DNA from: a virus | Strand: one strand, 5' to 3' | Length of the DNA: 64,000 nucleotides | Virus record (IMG/VR): IMGVR_UViG_3300049988_000034 | Location: 3,626-67,625 of that record | Shown: positions 29,455 through 38,675 of the stretch, piece by piece | Layout of the letters: the number at the start of each line of letters is the position of its first letter | How positions within the stretch are numbered: position 1 is the stretch's first letter | Notes under the pieces: generated by a model | Told to the model about the DNA's origin: nothing | Database searches by the model: none | The model's input: only the letters and a program-made list of their open reading frames with translations | Program-made: the position numbers and the translations under genes

Positions 29455-29687
29455 GCGTGCTATCCTGGTCGCATCCCGACGCGGACCCGCTCGCTGACAT
29501 CCAGGAGGCCATGCAGGCGTTCCAGGCGGCCAACGACGCAGGCTTCGCGCCGAACGTCCTCATCGTATCGCAGCGTGTCCATTTCCGGCTGATCCGCCGG
29601 ACCATGACCAAGCGCCAGTTCCGCCGCTACCGCGGCCGGATCAAAGAGGCGACGCGCGCCTGGATCAACGCAGGGAGGCCGGAATGA
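29451..29687 (+). CDS. Hypothetical protein
   Basis: ATGA overlap; ADPLADI motif. Confidence 0.5.
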   Translation: MSVLSWSHPDADPLADIQEAMQAFQAANDAGFAPNVLIVSQRVHFRLIRRTMTKRQFRRYRGRIKEATRAWINAGRPE

Positions 29688-29944
29688 CATTGGCGACGCA
29701 TTTGCTGCAAACGTACGTCGTTTCGCAGACCGTACGCGACCACCTCGCGAAGGCTGTAGCCGAACGCGGCGTTGAAGCGCTGCGCGAGCACGACCTCCCC
29801 GACGACATCATGGACCGCCTGGTGGTGCAGGAGGCCAAGCCACTGACTGCCGACGAACTGTTCCCGGTCAAAGGCGGCGAGGGCAACCGGAAGACCCGGC
29901 GCAAGATGGGCTCGCTCGATCGCAGGCGCCCGAAGCGCCGGTAA
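29684..29944 (+). CDS. Hypothetical protein
   Basis: ATGA overlap, GGAGG SD. Confidence 0.55.
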   Translation: MTLATHLLQTYVVSQTVRDHLAKAVAERGVEALREHDLPDDIMDRLVVQEAKPLTADELFPVKGGEGNRKTRRKMGSLDRRRPKRR

Positions 29945-30091
29945 CGGCCTCGCTGTGGATCACGATCAAGCCGCCCGACAGCTTCCATGCGGGGAGTTCG
30001 ACGGGCGGCGGGATGTCTCCGGTGTACTCCTGCCGCTCAACCGTGATGCCGTCGCACTCGACAATCTGCACCTTGCGTTCGTCGGTCATCA

Positions 30092-30463
30092 TCATCTTTT
30101 CCCTCCGCTTCGCTTGCGCGCGAGAGCCGCTTTCATGTCGGCCGCGTGCAAGTCGTCCCGGATGCGTTCGAACATCGCGGGTATCTGGTCCCGTGGGTGG
30201 ACCTCCCCGGCTAAATCGCGCTTCACCAGCGCAATGCAGCCTTCCAAAAATAGGCGCCCCTGGAGCCCCCGTTTTTTCTCAACCCCGCGCAGCACTGAAG
30301 ACGAGGTGCGGGCGACAGAGCCCCTAACGTGCTCCGCCGCCTCGCAATATGCCCGCCACGCCTCGCTGTAGGTATCGCAATTAGGCCAAGGTTGCAGCCC
30401 TAAAGTCGACGCCTTCCACGAGGGGCGGGGGTCTTCGTCCCGGTAGCCGAACAGATCATCCAT
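30092..30463 (-). CDS. Hypothetical protein
   Basis: ORF in a leftward mini-operon. Confidence 0.5.
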   Translation of the reverse strand: MDDLFGYRDEDPRPSWKASTLGLQPWPNCDTYSEAWRAYCEAAEHVRGSVARTSSSVLRGVEKKRGLQGRLFLEGCIALVKRDLAGEVHPRDQIPAMFERIRDDLHAADMKAALARKRSGGKR

Positions 30464-30788
30464 AAACGGCGCGTATCCGTTCCGCGAGCGCAACGGAGCC
30501 GTCTATGGCCCTTTGGCGCGCGCGGCTGGACTCGTAGAACAAGTCGCCCTCGTCGTCTTCGCGGATGCGGCTGGGTACGAACCGCCGGACCTCCCCGACG
30601 ACAAGGCGCCGGGCGATGGCCTCGATCCGCTCCAGCGGCATGCCGGTGTAATCGGCCACCTCCTGCCTCGTGAACCGCTTGCTGCCGTCGGTCCGTTCCC
30701 GGCGCAGCATGGCGCGCGCCTTTTCCGTATCCTCCGGCCCCCATCCGACCTCGCCGGAGAAGACGGACATCCTGATACCGTTGCTCAC
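30456..30788 (-). CDS. Hypothetical protein with possible HTH
   Basis: FTRQEVADYTGMPLERIEAI. Confidence 0.5.
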   Translation of the reverse strand: MSNGIRMSVFSGEVGWGPEDTEKARAMLRRERTDGSKRFTRQEVADYTGMPLERIEAIARRLVVGEVRRFVPSRIREDDEGDLFYESSRARQRAIDGSVALAERIRAVYG

Positions 30789-31066
30789 GCCTTCGCCCTC
30801 TTGGGTTGACCGGGCTCCGCCGCCGTCGGGGGCGTGTGGGGCTCGATGTAGCAGTACAGGTGCGTGACCGGCTTGCCGCACACGGTAAGGCCAAGGGTGG
30901 CCTCCATGGGCGTCCTGCCGAGCACTTCGTACCCGTTCAGCTTGGCGACCTCGTCGACATACGCGGGGAAGCGCTCGTGCGCCTTGACCGTAGCCAGCCC
31001 GCGCGCCGACCGGCGAAACCCGTTCGTCTTGTGCGCGCCGCGCCATTCCATGCAGATGCTTGCCAT
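30785..31066 (-). CDS. Hypothetical protein
   Basis: GGAGG SD, coupled stop/start. Confidence 0.5.
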   Translation of the reverse strand: MASICMEWRGAHKTNGFRRSARGLATVKAHERFPAYVDEVAKLNGYEVLGRTPMEATLGLTVCGKPVTHLYCYIEPHTPPTAAEPGQPKRAKA

Positions 31067-31192
31067 CTTACCACGCCTCCGAAGAACGATCGACCATTGC
31101 GGGGTCCGGCCCCATGGCGGCTGAAACCGCGCCGACCACAAGGACTAGGGCGAAAAGGAGCGCCAGCGTCCAGATAGTGTGCTCGCGCCGCT

Positions 31193-31558
31193 TCATGCCG
31201 CCTTCGCCTTCGCAGGAGCCTTGCGCGCACGCTTCGGCTTGGCGGTGCCCATCTTGATCGAGGGCTTGGCGAGTTCTGCCGCGAGCCCCGCCGCAGTTTC
31301 GTCCGACATCACCACGACATCCACCAGTTCGGGTGCGGGCGCACCCAGCGCAGCGATCACCGCGTCGGCGTAGCGCCGTACCATCTTGGCATAGGTGTTC
31401 GTGCCCTTCACGGTGTCACGAACGTGCGCGACCGCGACCGCGCCGTGCTTCGCCGCCATGCCGATCTTGGCCACGATCGTCGCATAGCTTGCGTTCGATG
31501 CAGGGATGTTCGGAGGTGTCGGAAGGCTGGCGGTGTCAAGTGGTTTCGTGCTAGTCAC
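31193..31558 (-). CDS. Hypothetical protein with basic C-terminal tail
   Basis: AGGAG SD before GTG; preceded by promoter and GCCAAGCA. Confidence 0.6.
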   Translation of the reverse strand: MTSTKPLDTASLPTPPNIPASNASYATIVAKIGMAAKHGAVAVAHVRDTVKGTNTYAKMVRRYADAVIAALGAPAPELVDVVVMSDETAAGLAAELAKPSIKMGTAKPKRARKAPAKAKAA

Positions 31559-31591
31559 GCTGTATCTCCTGTCGCCGTTGGGGAACGGCAT

Positions 31592-31634
31592 TGCTTGGCA
31601 GGGGTGTGTTTATCACAACGGGAATAAGCGTCAA
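31592..31634 (-). promoter_or_regulatory. Sigma70-like promoter with GCCAAGCA leader
   Basis: Minus strand TTGACGCTTATTCCCGTTGTGATAAAC...GCCAAGCA. Confidence 0.65.
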
Positions 31635-31664
31635 CAGGTTTTTTGACGCTGGGGGGCTGGGGGA

Positions 31665-32117
31665 ATGTCGGAACCGAAGAAGGCTGCGCCGAAAAAGCGC
31701 GCGTCGCGAGCAAAGCCGCCCGAGCAGCGGAAGCGCCGCGGGCCGCCGCTATGGGAGCCGACGGCGACCGATCGCAACCTGGTGAAGATGGGCATCGCCA
31801 TGGGCACGACGGAGGAGATGCTGGCGGCGATGCTGACGATCCCCGGCCGCGAGCCCGGTATCGATGTGAAGACCCTCCACAAATATTTCCCGCAGGAGAT
31901 CGCGCTGTCGAAGGCGCAACTCGAACTCCAGCTTGCCGGCTCGATGTGGCAGCGCGCCATGGGCAATTCGCAGGGCGCCGCGGTGACGGCGATATTCCTG
32001 TCGAAGGCGAAGTTCGGGTGGAAGGACCGCGAGGTGATCGAGTTGCGCCCGCCCGAGGGCGAGGCCGGCGCGGACGGCGCACCGCAGACCTTCACGCTGT
32101 CGATGGGCACCGCCTAA
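31665..32117 (+). CDS. terS: Terminase small subunit
   Basis: HTH-like segment (GIDVKTLHKYF..E), A.IFLSKAKFGWKD; directly upstream of TerL. Confidence 0.8.
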   Translation: MSEPKKAAPKKRASRAKPPEQRKRRGPPLWEPTATDRNLVKMGIAMGTTEEMLAAMLTIPGREPGIDVKTLHKYFPQEIALSKAQLELQLAGSMWQRAMGNSQGAAVTAIFLSKAKFGWKDREVIELRPPEGEAGADGAPQTFTLSMGTA

Positions 32118-33494
32118 GTGGTCAAGGCTCCTGTCCGGGGGCCGAAGGCTGCGCGCGCCAAGCGTGCGGTGGCGGCGGCGGCCGGCGCCGCGCTTGCCGT
32201 GGGCGCCGTCCCCGCGGGCGCGAAACCCAACAAGATCGAGTTCGTCCGGCCGGCGCTGTACCCGAAGCAGCTAGAGGCGATTTTCAACCCGAAGGACCAT
32301 GACGGCAATCCCGCTCGATACGCGGTGATCGAGGCGTCGACCAAGGCCGGCAAGACCCACGGGTGTATCTGTTGGCTTGCCGAGCAGGCGATCATCGACG
32401 GGAAGGAGGGGCGCAACTTCTGGTGGGTGGCGCCGGTCTATAATCAGGCGAAGATAGCGTGGTCGCGCATGAAGCGCGCCCTCCCGAAGTGGCTCTACAA
32501 GGCCACGCAATCGCCGCTTCAGATCGTGCTTATCAACGGCGGGACGATCGACTTCAAGAGCGCGGAGAAGCCGGACAACCTCTATGGTGAGGACGTTCAC
32601 GCCGTCGTAATCGACGAGGCCAGCCGCTGCCGCGAAGAAAGTTTCATCGCGATCCGCTCCACGCTCACGGCGACCAATGGGCCGGTGCGCGCGATCGGGA
32701 ACGTCAAGGGCCGCGCCAACTGGTTCTACAAGCTGGCGCGCAAGGCGGAGGCCGGCGAGCCCGGATATGCCCGCTACAAGATGACCGCGTACGATGCGGT
32801 CGAAGGCGGCGTGCTGAAGATCGAGGAGATCGAGGACGCCAAGCGCTTGCTGGCCGACCACGTTTTCCGCGAACTGTACCTTGCCGAGCCCGCGGACGAT
32901 GGCGGCAACCCGTTTGGGATCAAGCATATCGAGGCGTGCGTGCAGCCGATGTCGGGCGAGATGCCCGTCGCCGCCGGCACCGACCTTGCCAAGTCGCAGG
33001 ACTGGACGGTGGTGATCGGCCTCGACAAGCGCGGCGCGGTGTGCGGGTTCGAGCGCTGGCAGGCGAAGTGGGAGGTGACGACGCCGCGCCTGGTGGACCT
33101 GATCGGGAACCTGCCGACGCTGGTGGATGAAACCGGCGTCGGAAGCCCGATCGTCGAGCGCCTTCAGCGGAAGTGCCGCCGGGTGGAGGGGTTCATATTC
33201 TCCGCCAAGAGCAAGCAAATGCTGATGGAAGGCTTGGCCGCGGCGATCCAGGAGGGGCAGGTGTCCTTCCCGGACGGGCCGATCAAGGCCGAACTCCTCA
33301 ACTTCGAATATCAATATACCCGCACGGGTGTGCTATATTCAGCGCCGGAAGGCTATCACGACGACTGCGTGATGGCCTTGGCGCTGGCGGTAGAGCAATG
33401 GCGGCGGCTGGGGATGGGCCGCTCCGGCGTGGTGCCAGTGGGGAATGTTCGCGTGTCGCCCTTCCTGGGCGTGCATGGCAACGACGACGATTAA
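32118..33494 (+). CDS. terL: Terminase large subunit
   Basis: TKAGKT Walker A, WVAP, VIDEA Walker B, GTDLAK..D, DETGVG, HDDCVMALALA. Confidence 0.93.
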   Translation: MVKAPVRGPKAARAKRAVAAAAGAALAVGAVPAGAKPNKIEFVRPALYPKQLEAIFNPKDHDGNPARYAVIEASTKAGKTHGCICWLAEQAIIDGKEGRNFWWVAPVYNQAKIAWSRMKRALPKWLYKATQSPLQIVLINGGTIDFKSAEKPDNLYGEDVHAVVIDEASRCREESFIAIRSTLTATNGPVRAIGNVKGRANWFYKLARKAEAGEPGYARYKMTAYDAVEGGVLKIEEIEDAKRLLADHVFRELYLAEPADDGGNPFGIKHIEACVQPMSGEMPVAAGTDLAKSQDWTVVIGLDKRGAVCGFERWQAKWEVTTPRLVDLIGNLPTLVDETGVGSPIVERLQRKCRRVEGFIFSAKSKQMLMEGLAAAIQEGQVSFPDGPIKAELLNFEYQYTRTGVLYSAPEGYHDDCVMALALAVEQWRRLGMGRSGVVPVGNVRVSPFLGVHGNDDD

Positions 33495-33506
33495 GGGGCG
33501 GGGAAG

Positions 33507-34895
33507 ATGGCGGAAGGCGTGAACGTGGGCGGGGCGGCCAAAAAGGCTAACCTGTTGGCATCGGTGGGTTCGACGGGCCTTCGTGCGACCGGGGGGTTCG
33601 TCACGGAGGAGTTCCTGAAGGAACTGTCTGGCGTCCGTGGCGCGCGCACCTATCGCGAGATGGCCGACAACGACGGCACCGTGGGCGCCATCCTGTTCGC
33701 GTTCAACATGCTGATCCGGCAGGCCAAGTGGTCATTCCAGGCGGCCGGTGAGAGCCCCGAGGAGGAGGACGGCAAGGAATTTGCCGAGGGCGTGTTGCTG
33801 AAGGACATGGGCACCGCCCTGCGCAACGTGGTCGATGAAATTTGCACCATGTTCGTCCACGGCTACGCCCCGATGGAGGTAATCTGGAAGCGCCGCGCCG
33901 GCCCGAACGCCGACCCCCGCAAGACCAGCCGCTTCGACGATGGCATGATCGGCATTCAGTCGATCGTGCTGCGCTCGCAGCCAACGATCACCCGGTGGGA
34001 TTTGGACGAGGACGACGGCTCGATCCTGGGCGTGGACCAGCAGCCGCTGTCCGGCAACGCCGTCACGATCCCCGCGGAGCGCCTGTTGCTGTTCCGCACC
34101 ACGACGGTCCGGTCCAACCCGGAAGGCCGCTCGCTCCTGCGCAACGCCTATCGCTCGTGGTATTTCAAAAAGCGGATCGAGGAGGTGGAGGGCATCGGCG
34201 TCGAGCGCGAACTCGCCGGCCTGCCGATCGCATACATCCCGTCGGAGTTCATGTCGGCCGATGCCGACGCCGACCAAAAGGAGGTGTTCAAGGGCTGGCA
34301 GAAGCTGGTGATGAACATCCGGCGCGACAAGCAAGACGGCATCGTCATGCCATCCGACCGGGATGCAAACGGCAACCTCCTGTACGACTTCAAGCTGGTG
34401 AGTGCAGGCGGCGCGCGCAGCCTCGACACCACGAAGATCGTCGACCGCCACGATCGCGCCATCGCCACGTCCGTGCTCGCCGACTTCATCTTCCTGGGGC
34501 AGAATGCCGTGGGCAGCTTCGCGCTGTCGAGCGACAAGACCGCGCTGTTCGCGACCGCGCTGGGCGGGTTCCTGGACACGATCACCGACGTGTTCAACAC
34601 CGACCTGATGCCGCGGCTGTGGCGGTACAACAATCTCGATCCCGAGACGATGCCGACCCTTATTCACGGCGATGTCGAGACGCCGAACCTCACGGAATTG
34701 GGCGCGTACATCGGCGCGATGTCGGGCGCCGGTGCGCCACTGTTCCCGGATCGGGAACTGGAGAACCACCTTCGCGAGGTGGCTGGCCTGCCGCCCGCGC
34801 CGGAGGAGGGGGAAGACATGCGGACCCCCGCGCGTCCGGCCCCTGGGACCGCCGCAGGGGAGGACGAGGAGGAGCCGGAAGGGGCTGACGCCTAG
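33507..34895 (+). CDS. Portal protein (DUF935-like)
   Basis: NPEGRSLLRNAY..W.FK, IG.ER.LAG.P, GSFALS. Confidence 0.9.
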   Translation: MAEGVNVGGAAKKANLLASVGSTGLRATGGFVTEEFLKELSGVRGARTYREMADNDGTVGAILFAFNMLIRQAKWSFQAAGESPEEEDGKEFAEGVLLKDMGTALRNVVDEICTMFVHGYAPMEVIWKRRAGPNADPRKTSRFDDGMIGIQSIVLRSQPTITRWDLDEDDGSILGVDQQPLSGNAVTIPAERLLLFRTTTVRSNPEGRSLLRNAYRSWYFKKRIEEVEGIGVERELAGLPIAYIPSEFMSADADADQKEVFKGWQKLVMNIRRDKQDGIVMPSDRDANGNLLYDFKLVSAGGARSLDTTKIVDRHDRAIATSVLADFIFLGQNAVGSFALSSDKTALFATALGGFLDTITDVFNTDLMPRLWRYNNLDPETMPTLIHGDVETPNLTELGAYIGAMSGAGAPLFPDRELENHLREVAGLPPAPEEGEDMRTPARPAPGTAAGEDEEEPEGADA

Positions 34896-35128
34896 TCGCG
34901 GTTGAAACGGGCTGGGATGGGCGATTTTGCCGCCTTCAGCCACTCGATCAACTCGATCGCGGCCACGGCATATTCGGGCACAGGCACCGCACCGTTGAGC
35001 CAACGGTGGACGCTTTGTCCGCTGACGCCGAGGCCGCGGGCAAGGCGCATGATCCAGCCATAGCCGCCAAGCGCCGCATAGCCGCGGGCACGAAATTCCT
35101 TCGGGGTGATGGGCGTAGGGCTCGTCAT
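34892..35128 (-). CDS. Small HTH protein
   Basis: LARGLGVSGQSVHRWLNG..PVP. Confidence 0.7.
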   Translation of the reverse strand: MTSPTPITPKEFRARGYAALGGYGWIMRLARGLGVSGQSVHRWLNGAVPVPEYAVAAIELIEWLKAAKSPIPARFNRD

Positions 35129-35790
35129 GATGGATCGACAATCTCTAGTCGGTGGGTGGGATATACAACCGTGGAGGATGCAGTGGTTGACCAGTACACG
35201 CCGATCGCGAAGAACCCGTCGCCGCGCTTTTCAACCCGGTGGACAATCCCGAACGTGCCCGGCATCACCATGGCGAGCCCGGTGATGATGTCGCAGGACT
35301 TCACCATGTCGCCGCAGCCGGGGATCGTGCCGCGCTCGAACGCGCCGTTGAAACGATCCTCGACGAGATGACCGATGCGCTGCCCTTCGCGCTCCGCCAT
35401 GACCGCCGCGATCCGCGTATCGTTCACCGCGACCACGCGCTGCCGCTCGCGCGTCACCGGGTCAATATCGGCCTCGTCGGCATCAACCTTGTTGCCCTTG
35501 ACCAGCCGGTAATACGGCGTCGGCTTGCTGCCATCCTCGATCGCCGCGGCAAGGGCCTTGCGGTCGCGCGCGAGGGCGTGCAGTTCGGCAATCCGGGTGC
35601 GGGCGACCTTCAGGCTCCGCTCGATCGGCATCTCGCCGGCTCCGGGGCACGGCGCGTTGGGGTTGATGCCCGGCGCCGCGGTCGCATGATCGACCACCTT
35701 GCCATCGTGCATCGTCCACGTTTCGCCGCAGACCTGGCAGCGGCCGAGATATACAAGCTGGCGCTTGGGGCTTTTCAAATTCATAATCAT
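35125..35790 (-). CDS. Hypothetical protein (Zn-ribbon N-terminus)
   Basis: GRCQVCG...H...CPG. Confidence 0.6.
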   Translation of the reverse strand: MIMNLKSPKRQLVYLGRCQVCGETWTMHDGKVVDHATAAPGINPNAPCPGAGEMPIERSLKVARTRIAELHALARDRKALAAAIEDGSKPTPYYRLVKGNKVDADEADIDPVTRERQRVVAVNDTRIAAVMAEREGQRIGHLVEDRFNGAFERGTIPGCGDMVKSCDIITGLAMVMPGTFGIVHRVEKRGDGFFAIGVYWSTTASSTVVYPTHRLEIVDPS

Positions 35791-35845
35791 ATCACACGGG
35801 CTTTAGTCGCATGATGTGCCTAGTGTCCATAGTTGGGGCGAGATA

Positions 35846-36973
35846 ATGTGCTATTCACCGATCCCTAAAACCATCCGCAAGGCGCGGTCGACGCCGGCAG
35901 ACATCGAAGCGCTGGCCGACAAGCTGGTGCCCGGCCTGGCGAAGGCGATATTCGAAGCGCTCGACCAGATGGGCGACGACGTGGACCTGGACGACCTGGC
36001 CGCCGCGCTGGCGTCGGGCGACATCAACGCGGTGTTCTCGATCCTCGACGCCGTGGGCACCAAGGAACTAGGGATGGGGCTGGCCGGGCTCCAGGACGCG
36101 GCGTGGGCCGGCGGCGCGCTCGCCGCGGCAGGCATGACCCCGCGGGTGGGCGCCGTCGTGTTCGAGTTCGACAGGCTTAATCCGGCCCTCACGACGTGGC
36201 TGCGCGATTACCGGCTCAACCTAATCCGCGAGATCAACGAAACGACCAAGGAGGGCGTGCGGGGCGCCCTGTTGACCGGCATGGAGGCGGGAAAGAACCC
36301 CCGCGTGCAGGCGCGCGAGATCAAACAGGTGATCGGCCTCACGCGCCGGCAGTCGGCCGCCGTGGGCGCCTTCCGCAAGGAACTCGAAACCTTCCACCTG
36401 AAGCGATCGGCGAAGGGCTATGGCCTGGGGACGAAGATAGACCGCGCACCGGGCGGCGCGCAGGTGCTGAAGCCCGACGCCGATGGCAAGCCGAAGGACG
36501 GCATTCTGGAACGCCGCCTGCGCGACTTCCGGCACGACAAGGCGCTGTCGCGCGCGCTCGAAACCGGCAAGGCGCTGAAGCCCGAGCAGATCGACAAGAT
36601 GGTGGCCGCGTACCAGCGCAAATACCTGAAGTACCGCGCAGAGACGATCGCGCGCACGGAGGCGATGCGCGCGCTCAACATGGGCGTCGTGGATGCCTGG
36701 CACCAAGCGGTCGCGTCCGGCACGGTGCCCGAGGTGCAGGTGCGTCGTTTCTGGAAGGTGGGCAAGGACGAGCGCACCTGCGCGACCTGCAACGCCATCC
36801 CGAAGATGAACAAGCTGGGGGTGCCGCTGGCCAAGCCGTTTGCCACGCCCGTCGGCGCGCTGATGATGGGGCCGGTGCATCCCGATTGCCGATGCCACCA
36901 GTTCATCCGCATGATTGAACCGGAGGAGTTCGCGGCGTATGGGATTGGGCACAACGGCGGGCCTGTTTTGTAA
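35846..36973 (+). CDS. Head morphogenesis protein (MuF / SPP1 gp7-like)
   Basis: RAETIARTE, W....DERTC..C, HPDCRC. Confidence 0.9.
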   Translation: MCYSPIPKTIRKARSTPADIEALADKLVPGLAKAIFEALDQMGDDVDLDDLAAALASGDINAVFSILDAVGTKELGMGLAGLQDAAWAGGALAAAGMTPRVGAVVFEFDRLNPALTTWLRDYRLNLIREINETTKEGVRGALLTGMEAGKNPRVQAREIKQVIGLTRRQSAAVGAFRKELETFHLKRSAKGYGLGTKIDRAPGGAQVLKPDADGKPKDGILERRLRDFRHDKALSRALETGKALKPEQIDKMVAAYQRKYLKYRAETIARTEAMRALNMGVVDAWHQAVASGTVPEVQVRRFWKVGKDERTCATCNAIPKMNKLGVPLAKPFATPVGALMMGPVHPDCRCHQFIRMIEPEEFAAYGIGHNGGPVL

Positions 36974-37029
36974 AAAGTGCGTCACCCCTGCATTTTCCTG
37001 TTGAACTTATCGCAGGGTGAGTGCATTTA

Positions 37030-38650
37030 GTCATTGCCCGAGGACGCGGCGCACCACTAGGAACCACCCGCAAGGGCGAGGCTTAGTGGAGGTGAGGACT
37101 ATAGCAGTGGGGATCAAGAAACGCCTTGGGGCAATCGAACCCAAGGTTCCGCTACCTACGCAGCGAACTGGACGTTTGGGCAGGGCAGGTGCAGCCCCTA
37201 TCCAGTAGCACAAGTGGGGTGGTGCCAAGAGCCATAGGTGATGCAAAAGCCTTTGGTGCTGACGGGAAACCGGAGGCAAGCAACACCACCCTGCGCCGGT
37301 ATTCAAGAGATCGCGATGGTGCAGACGGTGTAGAGTGTTGGGGCTGGTACTTCGTACCTATCCGGCATCAATCCGACGACCTAGTGATGAACGGGGATTG
37401 GTTGGAACGGTTCGACCTTATGGGTTCATTTCCAGCCAATCCCTAAAGGTTTCCGAGTTTGTCGGCGGGATGTCACAAGCCGCGCGGGTTTTGTCAGTTC
37501 CGACCCGCCGACAATACCTATCCCCGGTCAAAGGCCGGGGAGTTCGGCCCGAGAAGCCCCCTTACGGGTCTGTTTCGAGGGTTCGTCCATGCCGACATAG
37601 GGGCATGGATACGGTTGCACGGTGGGGCCACGGTCTGCACCACGCAACCAAAGCATTCGCAAGCTGGCGCCCGCACGCGGTGGGAACCAGGCCCGTAATG
37701 TCTGCAATCCGGCAGGCAGGGCGAGGGGCTAAATATGACCGACCCGCCGACGTGGGGCCTTGTGCTGGCCATGCCGATCGGGAACCGGGAACAGGCCACG
37801 GATCGGCAGGTATAAAATCCTGTCCGGTAAGCGAGTGGCGGGAAACGAAGCGCTGCGGCCGGCTTGCCGGTGTCGCAACACACGCCCCGCTGGGACGGAG
37901 GATGAAAGAGCCTCCCGACCACTTATTCGGCTTCCGGCAAGACGGCGTATCGACGCTGATCGAGCCTACGCGGAGCATGCCCGCTTATGGAGGTGCGGCA
38001 CGGGGAGATGCGCAAGCACTCTATGATCCGTGCTCCAGGGATGGAACGACGGCTTCGGCCATCGGGAAGTCGACGCGAGGTGCCGGGTGGGGTTGAGGCC
38101 CCATGAAGCCCGGAGGACATTAGCGGCGAGGCGGGGAACCATACCCGCGGACCCCTCGACGGGTGGTATGTCGGGCGAGGGGCGCAGTTTTGGGCGGCAT
38201 ATCGCCCCGCGGGTCATATTTCCTTTGGGGATTATGAGCGAATGCCCACGGGGCGGTGCAAGAGGACTGTGGGCGAGGAGCCCATGTCGCCCGCCAAGAT
38301 CACCGCCGTAGCCTAACTCGATTGGTCTAAGGCGCCCGGACCCCGCAAGGGTCAGTACCACGGCATGAGAGGCCGTGAATACGATGACCGGGTAATGCGG
38401 GTTCGAGCCCCGCCGGAGGTGACAGAAGGCGCATTATATCCAGGGGGTGCGGGTAGCCTGAAGGTCCGGCGTGTAGTGGCGACGGGTAGCCTGATGGTGC
38501 TGCACTACCAGCCGAGGGCGGTGTCCCAATCCACCGCTTGAAGTGCTCCACCCCCGCGGTATGATGCGTTGCCCGGCGTAGGCGGCCCCTGATCCAATAG
38601 GTAGGGGCTTTGGACTACGGTTTCCAACGCTGCGCCGGGCGACGTTCGTA
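37030..38650 (+). ncRNA. Candidate giant structured non-coding RNA (or array of structured RNAs)
   Basis: No credible ORF over ~1.7 kb; many long stems with G-U pairs, GNRA and UUCG tetraloops; TTGAAC at 37001 upstream. Confidence 0.7.
38300..38422 (+). ncRNA. tRNA-like domain with a 48-nt insert replacing the anticodon loop
   Basis: Acceptor stem 38301-08/38414-21 (one mismatch), D-stem GCCT/AGGC, stem CCCGG/CCGGG, T-arm GCGGG-TTCGAGC-CCCGC; no encoded CCA. Confidence 0.7.
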
Positions 38651-38675
38651 AGGTTCAACAGGGGTGGAGTAAGTA

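Noticed and set aside
32112-32123. In-frame stop-start junctions (terS TAA-GTG terL; also 635/636 and 45137/45138) as readthrough fusions or a recoded stop
   Set aside because: Different stop codons are involved, all three stops end genes normally elsewhere, and no suppressor tRNA is present; translational coupling suffices
38300-38425. Canonical tRNA, suppressor tRNA or tmRNA
   Set aside because: No 7-nt anticodon loop, no CCA, no G3-U70 alanine identity and no tag ORF; kept only as tRNA-like
38441-38560. SRP RNA, 5S rRNA or hammerhead ribozyme
   Set aside because: Lacks the SRP GGAA/AGCAG loop, the 5S conserved blocks and the CUGAUGA/GAAA core
37017-38658. Short ORFs called within the structured island (e.g. 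37335-38096)
   Set aside because: No SD/start context, atypical codon usage, no motifs; base-pairing explains the sequence better
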